Below, in pieces: positions 45,808-57,275 of a stretch of DNA of 64,000 nucleotides (position 1 is the first letter of the stretch; each line of letters begins with the position of its first letter). The stretch lies in NCBI GenBank assembly GCA_031266345.1, contig JAISBD010000022.1, positions 16,451 to 80,450 on the forward strand, written 5' to 3'. This stretch comes from Puniceicoccales bacterium (GTDB lineage Bacteria > Verrucomicrobiota > Verrucomicrobiia > Opitutales > JAIRKQ01). The translations under genes were made by a program, and so were the position numbers. Under the pieces are notes generated by a model. The model ran no database searches. It had not been told where the DNA came from and was given only the letters and a program-made list of their open reading frames with translations.

Positions 45808-46889
45808 GAATTGCGCTATCCGGCGGCGTCGATAGTTCCGTTGCGGCCTATCTGCTCAAAGAGGCGGGCTATGATTTACACGGCGTGTTCATGCGCACTT
45901 GGAATGCCGATGATGATGCCAACCCGCTGTCCGAATGTCCCTGGCGCCGAGATTTGGAGGATGCTCGGGCGGTGGCCGGACAACTGGGCATCAGCTTCGA
46001 AGTTGTAAGCATGATTGAGCGATACAAAGAACACGTTGTGGGGGAGCTTGTGGACGGCTATGGAGCGGGCCTCACCCCCAATCCGGATGTGCTGTGCAAC
46101 AAGTGGATAAAATTCGGTGCCCTATTCGACCATGTCAAGTCGTGTGGCTGTGAAATGATCGCCACGGGGCACTATTGTAAAAAAGTCGAGAATCCTGACG
46201 GTTCCTGTGACATCTGCGAAGGTGATGATAAGAACAAAGACCAATCATACTTTCTGGCACTGCTGAATCAGGAGCAAATCAAAAATGCACTATTTCCACT
46301 GGGGACCTACGCAAAGCCCCAAGTCCGCTCGATTGCAAGCGGCCTTGATTTGCGCACCGCTGCGAAAAAAGACAGCCAGGGTATTTGTTTTCTAGGCAAG
46401 GTTAAAATTCAAGATTTTCTCGCCCAGTACGTGGAGGACTTTGCGGGAGATATAGTAACAATTGGCGGCCGAGTATTGGGGCGTCACAGCGGATTATTCA
46501 GGTTCACGATCGGCCAGCGACATGGCCTGAACATCCCTTCCAATCGCGACAATAGGCACTACGTTGTTATCGCCAAGGATTTGGAGTGCAACAAGTTAAT
46601 CGTCGAAATAGAGAGCGAGGATTCCCCCATGCTATATAAAAACGAAGTCGGTGTGCGCAATTTAAGTTTTACGAACAAACCGATAGGAGATGGGGCAAAA
46701 ATTTTGGCTAAGCCGCGGTATCGCGACCCATCCCAGAAAATAACGTTCAATTACGCACACAAATCTGAGATCCCCGGCGAATGCACAGCTTTCATCCACT
46801 TCCAAGAGAAGCAGCGTGCCCTCGCAGCTGGGCAAATCATCGCATTTTACTCCGGCGAACGCCTCCTCGGCGGCGGAATATATGTGTAA
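45789..46889 (+). CDS. mnmA: tRNA-specific 2-thiouridylase MnmA
   Basis: PP-loop ALSGGVDSSVAAYLL, KDQSYFL, 366 aa. Overlaps the secA end by 19 nt. Confidence 0.9.
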   Translation: MLRKRVGIALSGGVDSSVAAYLLKEAGYDLHGVFMRTWNADDDANPLSECPWRRDLEDARAVAGQLGISFEVVSMIERYKEHVVGELVDGYGAGLTPNPDVLCNKWIKFGALFDHVKSCGCEMIATGHYCKKVENPDGSCDICEGDDKNKDQSYFLALLNQEQIKNALFPLGTYAKPQVRSIASGLDLRTAAKKDSQGICFLGKVKIQDFLAQYVEDFAGDIVTIGGRVLGRHSGLFRFTIGQRHGLNIPSNRDNRHYVVIAKDLECNKLIVEIESEDSPMLYKNEVGVRNLSFTNKPIGDGAKILAKPRYRDPSQKITFNYAHKSEIPGECTAFIHFQEKQRALAAGQIIAFYSGERLLGGGIYV

Positions 46890-47105
46890 CCCCATATCCA
46901 AAGCCCTTGAACTCTAGGCCGGCGCCTCTTTCTATGGGAATGTGTCCCCAGCCTGTCCCTCGTGCGGGTAATAATTTAAAATTTTTTACTTTATTATTTT
47001 TTTAACCCATTGTATTTCATTGCTTTCCGTTCAATTTCTTTCCCAAGTGCCAGTTTAGGGTTGAAAAATATTGCGCCTTTCCCGCAAAATGCTGAACTTT
47101 TCCCC

Positions 47106-47717
47106 ATGGAAAACTTTTTAGCCGAATGCCTTGAGCGCTACCCGATGCTCGAATGCTGCAGAAATGACATTTTAAAATCCTGCGACTTGCTAGAAAATGC
47201 GTTCAAGAACGGGAAAAAATTGCTACTATGCGGCAATGGTGGGAGTGCGTCCGATTGCGGACACATCGCCGGCGAGCTACTCAAGAGTTTCAAGTGCAAG
47301 CGATTAATTGCGGGCGAGTTCAGGCACAGCGTGGGCGACGCCATTGCCGATAACCTGCAGGGGGCCCTAGCGGCGATCTCGCTGCCGGATATGGTGGCCA
47401 TAAATACCGCCTATGCCAACGATTGCGACTCCACCTATAATTTCGCTCAGTTAGTTTACGGACTCGGCTTCCCCGGGGATATTTTGCTTGGCCTGTCGAC
47501 ATCGGGGAATGCAAAAAATGTCAATTTAGCCGCCACTGTCGCCAGAGCCAAGGGCATGGCCGTGGTAGGAATGACCGGTAAATCTGGTGGAAATTTAGCG
47601 GGCAAGTGCGACGCATGCATCCGCGTCCCGGAAAGCGAAACTTTCAAGGTCCAAGAGTTACACTTGCCGGTTTATCACACCCTCTGCCTGTCTTTGGAGC
47701 AAAGATTTTTTGGCTAA
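47106..47717 (+). CDS. gmhA: D-sedoheptulose-7-phosphate isomerase (SIS domain)
   Basis: LLLCGNGGSASDCGHIAGEL, LGLSTSGNAKNV. Start moved to ATG 47106. Confidence 0.85.
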   Translation: MENFLAECLERYPMLECCRNDILKSCDLLENAFKNGKKLLLCGNGGSASDCGHIAGELLKSFKCKRLIAGEFRHSVGDAIADNLQGALAAISLPDMVAINTAYANDCDSTYNFAQLVYGLGFPGDILLGLSTSGNAKNVNLAATVARAKGMAVVGMTGKSGGNLAGKCDACIRVPESETFKVQELHLPVYHTLCLSLEQRFFG

Positions 47718-47999
47718 AAATTTCCCTCCTACCAATCATTGGCAAGAAGAGAGGAAAGGGCGCAGGCATCAAAATAAAGAAAATGATAGCCTAGAAATTT
47801 AGGCCACCTTTGAAATATTTAGTGGTGTTTTGAAAAAAATGAACGCGGCATGGATATTGCTATATTTTTGCAACGCCAACCGAATTGGGCGCACATACAA
47901 CATTTTTTTGCTAAAATTGAAGTGCGTTGCTGCGTTTTATGGTTGCAAAATTTTGAAACTTTATATTTTTTTATCCAAAGTTGATTTAGGAGGATTTTT

Positions 48000-48479
48000 T
48001 TGAACTTCGATGATATAAATAAATTGGTTAATCTCGTAAAAACGGCGAGGTTGTCCGAGATTGAGATTGAAGAAAATGGCGTGAAGTTACGGATTTCCAA
48101 TGGCGAAACTGGACCCCTTAGGCCGGACGCTCCCGTTGCCCAGAATCAGTTCGCACTTGCCCATGGCTACGGTACGGCTGCATCGGCGAATGCTGCGGAG
48201 GATTTGCACCGGCGCGGTGGAGCGGATGAGGAAGAGGGTTTTTCATTCATAAAATCCCCCATGGTCGGCACATTCTATAGCGCACCGGCACCGGATGCTC
48301 CAAACTACGTCGAAGTAGCTTCCGAAATTGACACGAACACAGTGGTATGCATCGTTGAGGCTATGAAGGTGATGAACGAAATTCAGGCCGATGCTAGGGG
48401 GGTTATCGCGGATATTTTAGTAAAAAATGGGCAGACCGTCGAGTACGGACAGCCACTATTTAAGGTGAAAAAAATCTGA
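48000..48479 (+). CDS. accB: acetyl-CoA carboxylase biotin carboxyl carrier protein
   Basis: Biotinyl-lysine motif [12 protein letters not shown] start preceded by SD AGGAGG 8 nt upstream. Confidence 0.88.
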   Translation: MNFDDINKLVNLVKTARLSEIEIEENGVKLRISNGETGPLRPDAPVAQNQFALAHGYGTAASANAAEDLHRRGGADEEEGFSFIKSPMVGTFYSAPAPDAPNYVEVASEIDTNTVVCIVEAMKVMNEIQADARGVIADILVKNGQTVEYGQPLFKVKKI

Positions 48480-48484
48480 GCAAT

Positions 48485-49861
48485 ATGTTTGAAAAAGTGC
48501 TAATCGCAAATCGAGGGGAAATTGCGGTGCGTGTGATCCGCGCTTGCAAGGAACTCGGAATTCGCACGATGGCACTCTATTCCGAGATCGATGAACAGTC
48601 TCTCCACGTTCAATTTGCCGACGAGGCGATCTGCATCGGGCCGGCGGAAGGCAACCAAAGCTATTTGCGCGCGGATAGAATTTTTAGTGCGGCGGAGGTG
48701 GGAAACGTCGATGCTATCCACCCGGGCTATGGATTTTTGGCCGAAAATTCGACTTTCGCTGAGCAGTGCCGCGATTGTAACATCACTTTTATCGGCCCTT
48801 CCCCCGAAACCATCGCCAGCATGGGCGACAAATCCATAGCGCGGGGAATGGCTAAGCAGGCAAAAGTTCCCGTCGTTCCAGGGAGCGACGGCGTCATTGA
48901 AAGCGAAGCGGAGGCGAAGCGAGTCGCCGATGGCATTGGCTACCCGGTTATCATAAAGGCTGCTGCAGGGGGCGGAGGTAAGGGCATGCGCCTGGTGAAC
49001 AATTCCGTCTCATTTTCTAAGGAATATCGCGTTGCACGGGCAGAGGCGGAAAAATCATTCGGGAATAGCTCGGTGTACGTCGAGAAGTACATCGAGGAGC
49101 CGCGCCACATAGAAATACAAATTTTAGCCGATAAGCACGGCAAAGTTATACACCTATTTGAGCGTGATTGCTCGATTCAGCGCCGCTATCAAAAGCTAAT
49201 CGAGGAGGCGCCATCCCCATTTTTGACCCCGCGCTTGAGGAATGAGATGGGACGCACGGCCGTCAGGATCGCTGAAAAATGCGGATATGTCAATGCTGGC
49301 ACGGTGGAGTTCATCGTGGATAAGCATGGAAAATTTTACTTCATCGAAATGAACGCGCGCATACAAGTGGAGCACGGCGTCACGGAGGAAATGACCGACA
49401 TTGACATCGTAAAGTGGCAGATGCTGATCGCCGCGGGGGAAAAGTTGACAATCGATCAAAAAGATGTTAAAATTTGCAAGCACGCCATCGAATGTCGCAT
49501 AAATGCGGAAAATCCTCTGCGCAATTTTTCTCCCTGTCCAGGGGAGATTTCGTTCTGCTACCATCCTGGTGGATATGGAGTTAGGATCGATTCGCACGTC
49601 TATAGCGGCTATCGCGTCTCGCAGCACTACGACAGCTTAATAGGAAAAGTAATTGCCAGCGGACATACGCGAGATATCGCCATAAACCGCATGTACAGGG
49701 CCCTCAGTGAATATATTATCCGCGGGGTAGCCACAACAATTCCGTTTTCACGTGCAGTTATGCTCGACCAGGGTTTCAGGGAGGGCAAGTTTTCCACAAA
49801 ATTTATGGAAGAATTTTTAGCACGCACACCCGTTGAAACCTTTATCTTACCGAAACTTTAG
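48485..49861 (+). CDS. accC: acetyl-CoA carboxylase biotin carboxylase subunit
   Basis: [29 protein letters not shown]-grasp motifs, 458 aa. Confidence 0.95.
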   Translation: MFEKVLIANRGEIAVRVIRACKELGIRTMALYSEIDEQSLHVQFADEAICIGPAEGNQSYLRADRIFSAAEVGNVDAIHPGYGFLAENSTFAEQCRDCNITFIGPSPETIASMGDKSIARGMAKQAKVPVVPGSDGVIESEAEAKRVADGIGYPVIIKAAAGGGGKGMRLVNNSVSFSKEYRVARAEAEKSFGNSSVYVEKYIEEPRHIEIQILADKHGKVIHLFERDCSIQRRYQKLIEEAPSPFLTPRLRNEMGRTAVRIAEKCGYVNAGTVEFIVDKHGKFYFIEMNARIQVEHGVTEEMTDIDIVKWQMLIAAGEKLTIDQKDVKICKHAIECRINAENPLRNFSPCPGEISFCYHPGGYGVRIDSHVYSGYRVSQHYDSLIGKVIASGHTRDIAINRMYRALSEYIIRGVATTIPFSRAVMLDQGFREGKFSTKFMEEFLARTPVETFILPKL

Positions 49862-49870
49862 GAGAACCAA

Positions 49871-50311
49871 ATGGCCAATCAAAATTCTGATAAAATTTCC
49901 ATCCCCAATGTGCACGACGAGGCAGTCTGCAGCATGGGAGATATTCGCATAAATAATAAGGTTGTCGCTAATATAGTGCGATTGAGCGCGTTGGAAGTGG
50001 AAGGCGTAGTGGATGTGTGGGGAGCATCCGTCCTGTCGTGCCTTGGCAAGCTCCTCGGCAAGGATCGGTCGTGCTCCGGTATTCGCGTGGGCGAAGACGG
50101 CCATGGAAATTACGTAATAGATGTGCAGGTAGTTTTGCGCTTCGGTGTCGAGCTGGCCAAGGTGGCACTGGATATCCAGCAAAACGTTACTCAAAAAGTG
50201 TCGGATATGACGATGAAAAGTGTGGGGCAAGTCAATGTCACCATCGAAAAAATTGTGCAAGATACGGATGTTGATTCGACCCAACCGAACACGGACTACG
50301 CCATTAATTAA
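49871..50311 (+). CDS. Asp23/Gls24-family envelope stress protein
   Basis: INNKVVANIVRLSALEVEGVVDV.. and VDVQVVLRFGVELAKVALDIQQNV pattern typical of Asp23. Confidence 0.8.
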   Translation: MANQNSDKISIPNVHDEAVCSMGDIRINNKVVANIVRLSALEVEGVVDVWGASVLSCLGKLLGKDRSCSGIRVGEDGHGNYVIDVQVVLRFGVELAKVALDIQQNVTQKVSDMTMKSVGQVNVTIEKIVQDTDVDSTQPNTDYAIN

Positions 50312-50814
50312 TGCTAACATTCGCTATGATTAATATGAATTCAGGGTTATCAAAGTATGCGGCACAGTTTGTGACGAGTGACTATTTCATCGGGGCAGTT
50401 TCGCTGCTGGCACTGCTATTTTTCGCCAAAATTTTCCTAAAAAAGCATTGGATTTTGGTTTCCACTTCGCGATTTGGCAAGGTTAGGATGTCGCGCCGGG
50501 CCCTCTACGCAATCCTGTATGGCCTCATCAACAATATCCAGGGGATATGCGGTCGGCGCGTCCGGCTCACAATTAGGCACGGGAAAATTTACATTAATAT
50601 TCACATTAAGCTTGATATTTGCTGCAACATACCCGCCCTAAGTGAGGATGTGCAGGTGCGTGTGAGCAATGTTTTGTCCAATGATCTCGGCCTGGATAAC
50701 ATTGGCAAGATCAACGTAGAAATTTCCGGATTTTCGCCCAAAAGTTACCGCGATCATAGACCCAAAGAGGCCTGCGAAACTAAAGTCGAGCATACTTTGG
50801 ATGAAATTAATTAA
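50311..50814 (+). CDS. membrane protein, possible Asp23 anchor (AmaP-like)
   Basis: Start overlaps the Asp23 gene stop. One TM segment (FIGAVSLLALLFFAKIFL) followed by an Asp23-like beta region. Context-based call. Confidence 0.5.
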   Translation: MLTFAMINMNSGLSKYAAQFVTSDYFIGAVSLLALLFFAKIFLKKHWILVSTSRFGKVRMSRRALYAILYGLINNIQGICGRRVRLTIRHGKIYINIHIKLDICCNIPALSEDVQVRVSNVLSNDLGLDNIGKINVEISGFSPKSYRDHRPKEACETKVEHTLDEIN

Positions 50815-51598
50815 GTACCATGCCCTGGGGAATGATTACCTGTTCATGGATTCCGCGGAGCAATCCCTCCCGGAGCTGAGTTTTGTGAAACGGGTTTGCC
50901 ACCGCAATTTTGGGATTGGCGCGGATGGTATTTTGCACGGTGGGGTGAGTGGGGGAAGTTTTTCGGTGACGATAATCAATCCCGATGGCAGCGTGGCGGA
51001 GATGAGCGGGAATGGGTTGCGCATTTTTGCTCGGGCGATGCTCGATTGCGGCCATGCGTCGGTGGGCGAAGAGTTTTGCGTCAGCACTGGTCAGCGCCAA
51101 GTCAGGTGCAAAGTAATTTCTCCAAAAAAAATTTCCGTTGCCATGGGCATGCCACTGTTCTCTGCGCCAAACTTACCCATCGGAGCCAAATCCGGGCAAA
51201 AAATTGTGGCCAATGGCAGACCCTATGTGTACTACGCTGTGTCCATGGGCAACCCGCATTGTGTGATTTTTGTCGATGAATTGGTCCACGAACACACCAT
51301 GAGCGACGGGCCGATTCTGGAAAATAATCCCGCCTTTGTTGAAAAAACCAATGTGCAGTTCGCCCACCTCATTGATGGGAACAATATTGAAATCGATATC
51401 TGGGAGCGGGGAGCAGGGGCCACGCTGGCATCGGGTTCCAGTTCCTGCGGAGTGTTCGCCGTAACCCGCATGCTTGGCCAATGTGCCGAAAAAGTCTCCA
51501 TTCACATGGCCGGCGGAGTTCTACATCTCGAAGAAATGGAAAACGGAGAAATTTTGCAGATAGGCCCCGTTGAAAAAATCGCCGAATGCGTGGTTTAA
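50801..51598 (+). CDS. dapF: diaminopimelate epimerase
   Basis: YHALGNDYLF, MSGNGLRIFA, GNPHCVIFV, ERGAGATLASGSSSCG (both catalytic Cys/Ser regions). Confidence 0.85.
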   Translation: MKLIKYHALGNDYLFMDSAEQSLPELSFVKRVCHRNFGIGADGILHGGVSGGSFSVTIINPDGSVAEMSGNGLRIFARAMLDCGHASVGEEFCVSTGQRQVRCKVISPKKISVAMGMPLFSAPNLPIGAKSGQKIVANGRPYVYYAVSMGNPHCVIFVDELVHEHTMSDGPILENNPAFVEKTNVQFAHLIDGNNIEIDIWERGAGATLASGSSSCGVFAVTRMLGQCAEKVSIHMAGGVLHLEEMENGEILQIGPVEKIAECVV

Positions 51599-51613
51599 TT
51601 TAGCATTACCGTT

Positions 51614-51886
51614 TTACATGGCATAGCTTTTAAAGAAAGACGCTGTCTTACTCGGGTTAAAGATTACGGGGACACCCGATGTTAGGCCTTGCAGCTGCTC
51701 AATTACCTTGTTACGGGTTTGGTTAGCAGTGTCAAACTTTTGCACCAGCATCAGCTCTTTTTGCGTGGATACGACTATGTAGGAGGCCCCATTGAGTTCG
51801 TGAAAGCCAACGTATAAAAGAGGTTTTTTTTCGAGTGTTTTCCAGGTGTCGCTGTCAAATAAATTTAAATTTTTATTCATGATCAT
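51614..51886 (-). CDS. hypothetical protein (90 aa)
   Basis: The only ORF filling the dapF-lepA gap. No motif recognised. Confidence 0.4.
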   Translation of the reverse strand: MIMNKNLNLFDSDTWKTLEKKPLLYVGFHELNGASYIVVSTQKELMLVQKFDTANQTRNKVIEQLQGLTSGVPVIFNPSKTASFFKSYAM

Positions 51887-51956
51887 TAGGTGAGGTTCTA
51901 TGTTTTAGATGCATGGTTTTATATTTTTTCAAATGCAAGCAAAAATTAAAAAAAAA

Positions 51957-53759
51957 TCATTCCCCTGTCCTCAATATTTTTAAAAATGCATCCTGCGGGA
52001 TCGAAACTTTTCCGATCTGCTTCATGCGTTTCTTGCCCTCCTTTTGTTTTTCTAATAGCTTGCGCTTGCGCGTAATATCGCCACCGTAGCACTTTGCCGT
52101 GACATCCTTCCTCAGCGCCCCGAGGGTTTCCCGTGCCACAATATTGCCGCCGATGGCCGCTTGTACAGCTATCTTGAACAATTGCCTTGGTAAAATATCC
52201 TTTAATTTCTCACAAATTTCCCGGCCCAGGGATGTTGCTTTGGATCTGTGCACGATGGACGAAAATGCATCCACAGATTCCCCATTGACAAGAATGTCGA
52301 GCTTAACTAGGTCCGCTGCGCGGTACTCACCGAGCTCGTAGTCCATGGAGCCATAGCCACGGGTGATGCTCTTCAGCTTGTCATTAAAGTCGATCAGCGT
52401 TTCGTTCATCGGCAGTTCACATGTTAGAATGACGCGGGTGGAATCCAGCGTTTCGGTATTGGAGCAGATCCCGCGCTTCTCGCTGATGAGGGCTAGCACG
52501 TCCCCTATGGAATCGTTGGGGATGTGTATCTTAGCAATCATCATTGGCTCGTGAATTTCGTCGATGGATGAACTGTCTGGCAAGCGCAGCGGATTATCAA
52601 TGGTGATCCAAGACCCACCGGTTAGCTTAACCTTATAAACCACGCTGGGATAGGTAGATATTATGTCGAGGTCGTACTCGCGGCGGACGCGCTCCTGGAT
52701 GATATCCATGTGCAACAACCCGAGAAAACCACATCTGAATCCAAATCCAAGGGCAATGGAGGTTTCCGGTTGGTAGACCAGGGAAGCGTCATTTAGTTGC
52801 AGTCGCGCCAAACTGGACTTCAGTCTCTCATAATCGGAGGTGTCAATGGGATAGATGCCGCAGAAGACCATGGGTTTGACCTCCTTGTATCCGGGTAACA
52901 TTTCCTTTGCCGGGTCGGCAGTTCTTGTGATCGTGTCGCCAATTTTTATTTCCGAAACATTTTTGATATTCGTGACGACGTAGCCGATGCATCCCTCGGA
53001 TAATTTTGCCAAAACTTGCATTTTAGGCGAAAAACAGCCCACCTCATGCACCACTGCCCCCTGTCCCATGCGCATCAATAATACTTCATCGCCCGCTTTC
53101 AAGGCGCCCGAAAATACCCTGACGTGGCAAATTACCCCCTTGTAGCTATCGAAAACGGAGTCAAATATCAGGGCGCGGGTTTGGGTAATTCCCTGTTTTG
53201 GGGGCGGTGCTATGCGCTCTATAATGGCATTCAGGATTTCATCTATGCCGATGCCTGCCTTTGCACTGGCTAGGATTGCTTCTTCGCGCGGGATTGTCAA
53301 CACGTCCTCGAGTTGTGTCAAAACGCCTTCCACATCGGCACTTGGCAGATCAATCTTGTTCAGGACGGGGATAATAATCAGGCCCTGGGCCAGGGCCAAG
53401 TTGGCATTTGCAACGGTCTGCGCCTCCACACCTTGGGAAGCATCGATGAGCAGCAGTGCACCTTCGCAGGCCACCAAGCTGCGCGACACTTCGTAGGAAA
53501 AATCTACGTGTCCGGGGGTATCGTTGAGGTTAAGGAGGAACTTCCCTTTAGTCGGGTGGGAATAGTGCATGGAGACGGGGTGGCTTTTGATGGTGATGCC
53601 GCGTTCCCGCTCGATGTCCATGGAATCAAGCAGCTGATCCTGCATATTGCGCTGCTCCACGGTCTGGGTGCGTTCGAGCAGGCGATCCGACAGGGTCGTC
53701 TTGCCATGGTCAATATGGGCAATGATGCAAAAATTTCTTATCCTCGAAATATCTTCCAC
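51957..53759 (-). CDS. lepA: elongation factor 4 (LepA)
   Basis: FCIIAHIDHGKTTLSDRLL, DTPGHVDF, NKIDL, LepA C-terminal domain, 600 aa. Confidence 0.95.
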   Translation of the reverse strand: MEDISRIRNFCIIAHIDHGKTTLSDRLLERTQTVEQRNMQDQLLDSMDIERERGITIKSHPVSMHYSHPTKGKFLLNLNDTPGHVDFSYEVSRSLVACEGALLLIDASQGVEAQTVANANLALAQGLIIIPVLNKIDLPSADVEGVLTQLEDVLTIPREEAILASAKAGIGIDEILNAIIERIAPPPKQGITQTRALIFDSVFDSYKGVICHVRVFSGALKAGDEVLLMRMGQGAVVHEVGCFSPKMQVLAKLSEGCIGYVVTNIKNVSEIKIGDTITRTADPAKEMLPGYKEVKPMVFCGIYPIDTSDYERLKSSLARLQLNDASLVYQPETSIALGFGFRCGFLGLLHMDIIQERVRREYDLDIISTYPSVVYKVKLTGGSWITIDNPLRLPDSSSIDEIHEPMMIAKIHIPNDSIGDVLALISEKRGICSNTETLDSTRVILTCELPMNETLIDFNDKLKSITRGYGSMDYELGEYRAADLVKLDILVNGESVDAFSSIVHRSKATSLGREICEKLKDILPRQLFKIAVQAAIGGNIVARETLGALRKDVTAKCYGGDITRKRKLLEKQKEGKKRMKQIGKVSIPQDAFLKILRTGE

Positions 53760-54099
53760 TGCCCGATGTTTCTTTAAAAATTTTTGCGGATTGCAAGCCC
53801 GAATAGGTTGGGTGAAATTAAATTTCAGGGATGCGTTTTGAGCGCTACGATTAGCACTTCAAGTTAGTGGCAGGACCATAAATCGAGGGAGATAAAATGC
53901 TTCGCAGTTCTGAAGTTGGAGTTTTTCGCTACCATTCGAAAGCTATGGGCTGCCATCTATCTTTATTATTTAGCAAAATTATCTTTACACTTCGGTGAAT
54001 CTCTGCCACTTTACTGACAGTCTACATGCTTTGCATTTTACCAAGGGGTGCTAGGCGGGGGATTGGCATAATTTTTGCTACATTTTTCCAAAAATTGCT

Positions 54100-54666
54100 A
54101 TGAGTGAGGATTATAAAAATTTTAACGAAAGTGGTGAAACCCAAAGTCGTGAGGGTGGCGATGGAGCCATTCTCCAGGATAGTGTTTCGGAAGACGCGGC
54201 GAAAGTGGTTGATTTGCAAGCAAAATTGGATGCACAAACCGACCTCTACATGCGTGCACTGGCTGACTTGGATAACTTTAAGAAGCGCATGCAAAGGGAA
54301 CGGGAAGAGATCCGTGCCGCAATTACCAGTGCCATCCTAGAAGATCTTTTGCCGGTTCTAGATCACTTCGAGCTCGGGCTACAATCCGCAGAAGACCACA
54401 AAGCGGACAAAATTGTGGCGGGGTTTAGCATGGTTTTTGAACAATTGAAAAGAATCTTGACCTCCTATGGGCTAAGCGAAATTGTCCCCCTGCACCAGGA
54501 ATTCAATCCCCACGAGCATGAGTGCGTGCGCCGCGAATATGGGGAAACTCTGCCGGAAAGCACGGTAACATGCGTGATTCGAAAGGGTTATAAATTAAAC
54601 AATCGCCTGATCCGCCCCGCAATGGTGGCCGTATCGACGAAACAGCAACCGGAAATCAATGGGTAA
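54100..54666 (+). CDS. grpE: nucleotide exchange factor GrpE
   Basis: [18 protein letters not shown].., [27 protein letters not shown]. Confidence 0.9.
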   Translation: MSEDYKNFNESGETQSREGGDGAILQDSVSEDAAKVVDLQAKLDAQTDLYMRALADLDNFKKRMQREREEIRAAITSAILEDLLPVLDHFELGLQSAEDHKADKIVAGFSMVFEQLKRILTSYGLSEIVPLHQEFNPHEHECVRREYGETLPESTVTCVIRKGYKLNNRLIRPAMVAVSTKQQPEING

Positions 54667-55801
54667 GGAGGACTATTATTCGCTGCTCGGCGTGGCTAAG
54701 GGTGCTTCCGCCGATGAGATAAAGAAAGCCTATCGAAAAATGGCACTGAAGTACCATCCGGATAAAAATCCTGGAGACAAAGCAGCGGAGGAGAATTTCA
54801 AGAAAATTTCCGCAGCCTATGATATTTTGCAGGATGCGGACAAGCGTGCGGCCTATGACCGCTATGGGCACGCCGCATTCGAAAGCGACGGCGGCGGACA
54901 ACGCACCTACTCACATAGCGGAAATTTTCGCAATGCAGCCGATATTTTCAGCGAAGTTTTCGGCGGTGGATTTGGGGATATATTCGGCTTTGGTGGCCAC
55001 TCTCAGGCGTCGCACAGCCGTGCTTCCCGCGGCAGTGACCTGATATATGGTTTGCAAATTTCACTGAAAGAGGCATTCACCGGTGTGGAGAAAAATATCA
55101 AATATCGCCGCCGTGTGCAGTGCAAGGCCTGCGGCGGAATGGGAGCGGAAAAAGGCTCCAAGCGAATAACTTGCCCAACCTGCGGCGGCTCTGGTTTCAC
55201 GAGCATAAGCCAGGGATTTTTTCACATGCAGCAGACATGTTCCCGCTGCGGCGGCAGCGGCTCGATCCTGGAAAAGCCGTGCAATGTTTGCGGCGGCAGT
55301 GGTGCGGTGATTGAAGAAAGCAAAGCCAAAATTAAGATTCCCGCCGGCATATATGGTGGCTCAAAACTGCGCCTGAGCGGATACGGCGAAGCGGGCCAAA
55401 ATGGCGGCCCAACGGGCGATCTCTACGCGGTGGTCAATGTCGCCGATGACCGCTTCTTTGAGCGCAATGGCGATGATTTATATTGTTCCCAGAAAATTCC
55501 CTTCGCTATCGCTGCCCTGGGTGGAGAGGTGGAAGTGGAAACCATTGACGGCAAATGCTCGCTGAAAATTCCGGAGGGGACGCAGTGCGGCGCCGTTCTG
55601 CGCATGAAAGATCAAGGCATGCCCCGCGTGGCCAGCGGAGTGCGAGGGAGTCAGTACGTTCGCATCGACATCGATGTCCCAAAAAAATTGAGCAGAGATC
55701 AGCGGGAAGCTTTGGAAAAATTTGCCGCTACGCTGGATGTGTCGGTGAACAAGCGGGCTCATTTTTTTCAAAAATTGAAGGACAAGTTGGATGAGCTATG
55801 A
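54659..55801 (+). CDS. dnaJ: molecular chaperone DnaJ
   Basis: J domain with HPDKN, a G/F region and four CxxCxGxG zinc motifs. Overlaps the grpE end. Confidence 0.93.
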   Translation: MGKEDYYSLLGVAKGASADEIKKAYRKMALKYHPDKNPGDKAAEENFKKISAAYDILQDADKRAAYDRYGHAAFESDGGGQRTYSHSGNFRNAADIFSEVFGGGFGDIFGFGGHSQASHSRASRGSDLIYGLQISLKEAFTGVEKNIKYRRRVQCKACGGMGAEKGSKRITCPTCGGSGFTSISQGFFHMQQTCSRCGGSGSILEKPCNVCGGSGAVIEESKAKIKIPAGIYGGSKLRLSGYGEAGQNGGPTGDLYAVVNVADDRFFERNGDDLYCSQKIPFAIAALGGEVEVETIDGKCSLKIPEGTQCGAVLRMKDQGMPRVASGVRGSQYVRIDIDVPKKLSRDQREALEKFAATLDVSVNKRAHFFQKLKDKLDEL

Positions 55802-56481
55802 AAGTCCCCGCTAAACGATTCTTCAGCCTCCCCGATGGGGAACTTTTTAGCAAATTTTTTCTCGCCGATGAACCACCCGTCCAGTGGTTAGACAAAATTC
55901 CGCAGGCGATAATGTTTCTCGCCACTTCCGGTGAAGTTTTGGCAACTTTTCCGAAAAATTGCGACATCGGTTCCAATGTTTTCATCCACAAGTCTGCCAA
56001 GCTCCCAAGTATGTGTGTGATTCGTGGCCCCTGCTACATTGGCAGGGAGACGGAAATTCGTCCATTTGCGTACATTCGCGAAAATTGTGTGATCGGGGAG
56101 CGGTGCCTGGTGGGGAATTCCACGGAAATTAAAAATTCCATCCTACTAAACGGCGTGCAAGTCCCTCATTTTAATTACATCGGTGACTCCATTCTCGGCA
56201 ATCACGCCCACCTGGGAGCCGGTGCCATTTTGGCAAACCTGCGCTTGGATGGTAAATCGATAAAAATTTTTGACGGAGAAGAGCGATTTGATACGGAGCG
56301 GCGAAAATTTGGCGCCATTTTAGGCGACTATGCGGAAGTCGGCTGTAATTCGGTTTTAAATCCTGGGGCAGTACTAGCCCGCGGAAGCAAAATTGCCCCA
56401 AACACAAACCTCAGTGGCTTCATAGAAGAAAACTCATTCATTGGAAGCAGGGACAAACATTCCACCCATGCCCCGGCATAA
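55798..56481 (+). CDS. left-handed beta-helix (hexapeptide-repeat) transferase-family protein
   Basis: Hexapeptide periodicity [57 protein letters not shown] overlap with dnaJ. Confidence 0.7.
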   Translation: MKVPAKRFFSLPDGELFSKFFLADEPPVQWLDKIPQAIMFLATSGEVLATFPKNCDIGSNVFIHKSAKLPSMCVIRGPCYIGRETEIRPFAYIRENCVIGERCLVGNSTEIKNSILLNGVQVPHFNYIGDSILGNHAHLGAGAILANLRLDGKSIKIFDGEERFDTERRKFGAILGDYAEVGCNSVLNPGAVLARGSKIAPNTNLSGFIEENSFIGSRDKHSTHAPA

Positions 56482-56484
56482 ACT

Positions 56485-57186
56485 TCACTTTAAGTGCAGA
56501 ATTTCATCGGCACTCAATCCCGTTAGGCACTCAAGTTTTTTCACGATGTAGTGCAGCATGTAGCAAAGCACAAGGGTGCAGGGGAGCACGATTACCGGGT
56601 AGCTTAGCGCAACCATGCGCCCCAGCTCTTTGGTGAACTCCAAGGTTCCGCTTTCACTGCACACAACCGTCTCCGCTAGCCAAAAATTCAGGACCGCGCT
56701 CAATAGGAAAGATAGCGCCAATATGATGGAGGCGCGCAGCATAATTTTGTGAAACTTTGCCCTCTGGTCGCTGGTTTGCAAATGGGCATACACCACGCCG
56801 CTGTTCAAAATGTTCTCATCGAATAGCAACTTTTCAAGGAATGTGCGCCTGCCAAAGGACGATATTATAACAAACATAAAAAATATTACGGGGACACTGG
56901 CCTCTTTGGTCGCAACCCACTCCCGCGGCAGCTGGAGCAGACCTATGCCACCGGTTATTAGCACGCTGAAAAATCCGACGATCGAAAAAAAGTTTCCTTT
57001 GCGGTCCTTGAATAGGGCGAAACCACCGTAGCCCAGCGGAAACATCAGTGCTAAAATAAGAGCTAGAGCCGGTGAAATGCCAAACCAATCATCAAACATC
57101 ATCATGACTATCGCCGGAATAATTATGTTGAACCCGACGTTTACCAGCAAATTTTCACGCCTATTTTTTCCATTTTTCATTGTCAA
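56485..57186 (-). CDS. polytopic inner-membrane protein of unknown function
   Basis: 233 aa with about 6 hydrophobic segments. Family not assignable by eye. Confidence 0.6.
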   Translation of the reverse strand: MTMKNGKNRRENLLVNVGFNIIIPAIVMMMFDDWFGISPALALILALMFPLGYGGFALFKDRKGNFFSIVGFFSVLITGGIGLLQLPREWVATKEASVPVIFFMFVIISSFGRRTFLEKLLFDENILNSGVVYAHLQTSDQRAKFHKIMLRASIILALSFLLSAVLNFWLAETVVCSESGTLEFTKELGRMVALSYPVIVLPCTLVLCYMLHYIVKKLECLTGLSADEILHLK

Positions 57187-57275
57187 ACGTACCTACTTTC
57201 TAAGAAAAACTTGCCCATATCAAGAAATTTCTTTCCCTAAGCGAATGAGTTTTTTTAGCAAATTTGGAGAAATCT

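Noticed and set aside
53836..53864. CIRCE/HrcA operator upstream of grpE (TTGAGCGCTA-cga-TTAGCACTTCAA).
   Set aside because: The half-site TTAGCACT is present, but the inverted arms are imperfect and separated by 3 nt instead of the canonical 9. The element lies about 240 bp from the grpE start and no hrcA is adjacent.
54100..55801. grpE-dnaJ without an intervening dnaK as an anomaly.
   Set aside because: A grpE-dnaJ pair with dnaK elsewhere is a known arrangement in several phyla, and nothing in the sequence suggests loss or rearrangement.
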